From contig MU053881.1 of assembly GCA_013239625.1 (NCBI GenBank), forward strand, positions 2,232,001 to 2,296,000: DNA of 64,000 nucleotides. The letters run 5' to 3'. Shown piece by piece: positions 63,851 to 64,000 of the stretch. This DNA comes from Lama guanicoe. Lineage: Eukaryota. Numbering within the stretch: position 1 is the stretch's first letter; every line of letters begins with the position of its first letter. The position numbers and the translations under genes are program-made. The notes under the pieces were generated by a model, which had not been told where the DNA came from, made no database searches, and saw only the letters and a program-made list of their open reading frames with translations.

Positions 63851-64000
63851 CATTAGTATTTAAAAAAAAATCTTTTAGATAAATAATAAAATATAGTCAA
63901 GAGAACCAATTATTTAAGTTAATATTTAAGTTAATGTTGTATTACTCCTATTGAAATTTCACTAAAGAGATGAGATTTATAAATTTATATATATTTTCCT

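Overview
Mammalian genomic DNA, very probably camelid (alpaca/camel): about ten copies of a Vic-1-like tRNA-derived SINE are present. The window holds the conserved FGFR4 - ZNF346 - UIMC1 neighbourhood. On the minus strand are the 5' end of FGFR4 (CpG-island promoter, non-coding exon 1, exon 2 with the signal peptide MRLLLALLGVLL..., running off the window start) and a complete 7-exon ZNF346/JAZ gene (885-nt CDS, 294 aa, four C2H2 dsRNA-binding zinc fingers, all introns GT-AG). On the plus strand, a CpG island with a non-coding first exon near 61 kb is inferred from gene order to be UIMC1 (RAP80). The rest is mostly interspersed repeats (L1, L2, MIR, MLT/ERVL LTRs, an ERV solo LTR, Tigger1/2, MER20, microsatellites), and most ORFs in the track are spurious or repeat-derived. 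I found no convincing wholly new biological system. The best leads are: a solo LTR that could act as an alternative ZNF346 promoter, an unidentified TSD-flanked retrocopy in ZNF346 intron 1, candidate alternative and poison exons of ZNF346, a TSD-bracketed composite insertion resembling an L1 transduction, an HNF1/HNF4 cluster in FGFR4 intron 1, and a CTCF site between ZNF346 and FGFR4. Repeat family names come from recalled consensus sequences, not a database search.
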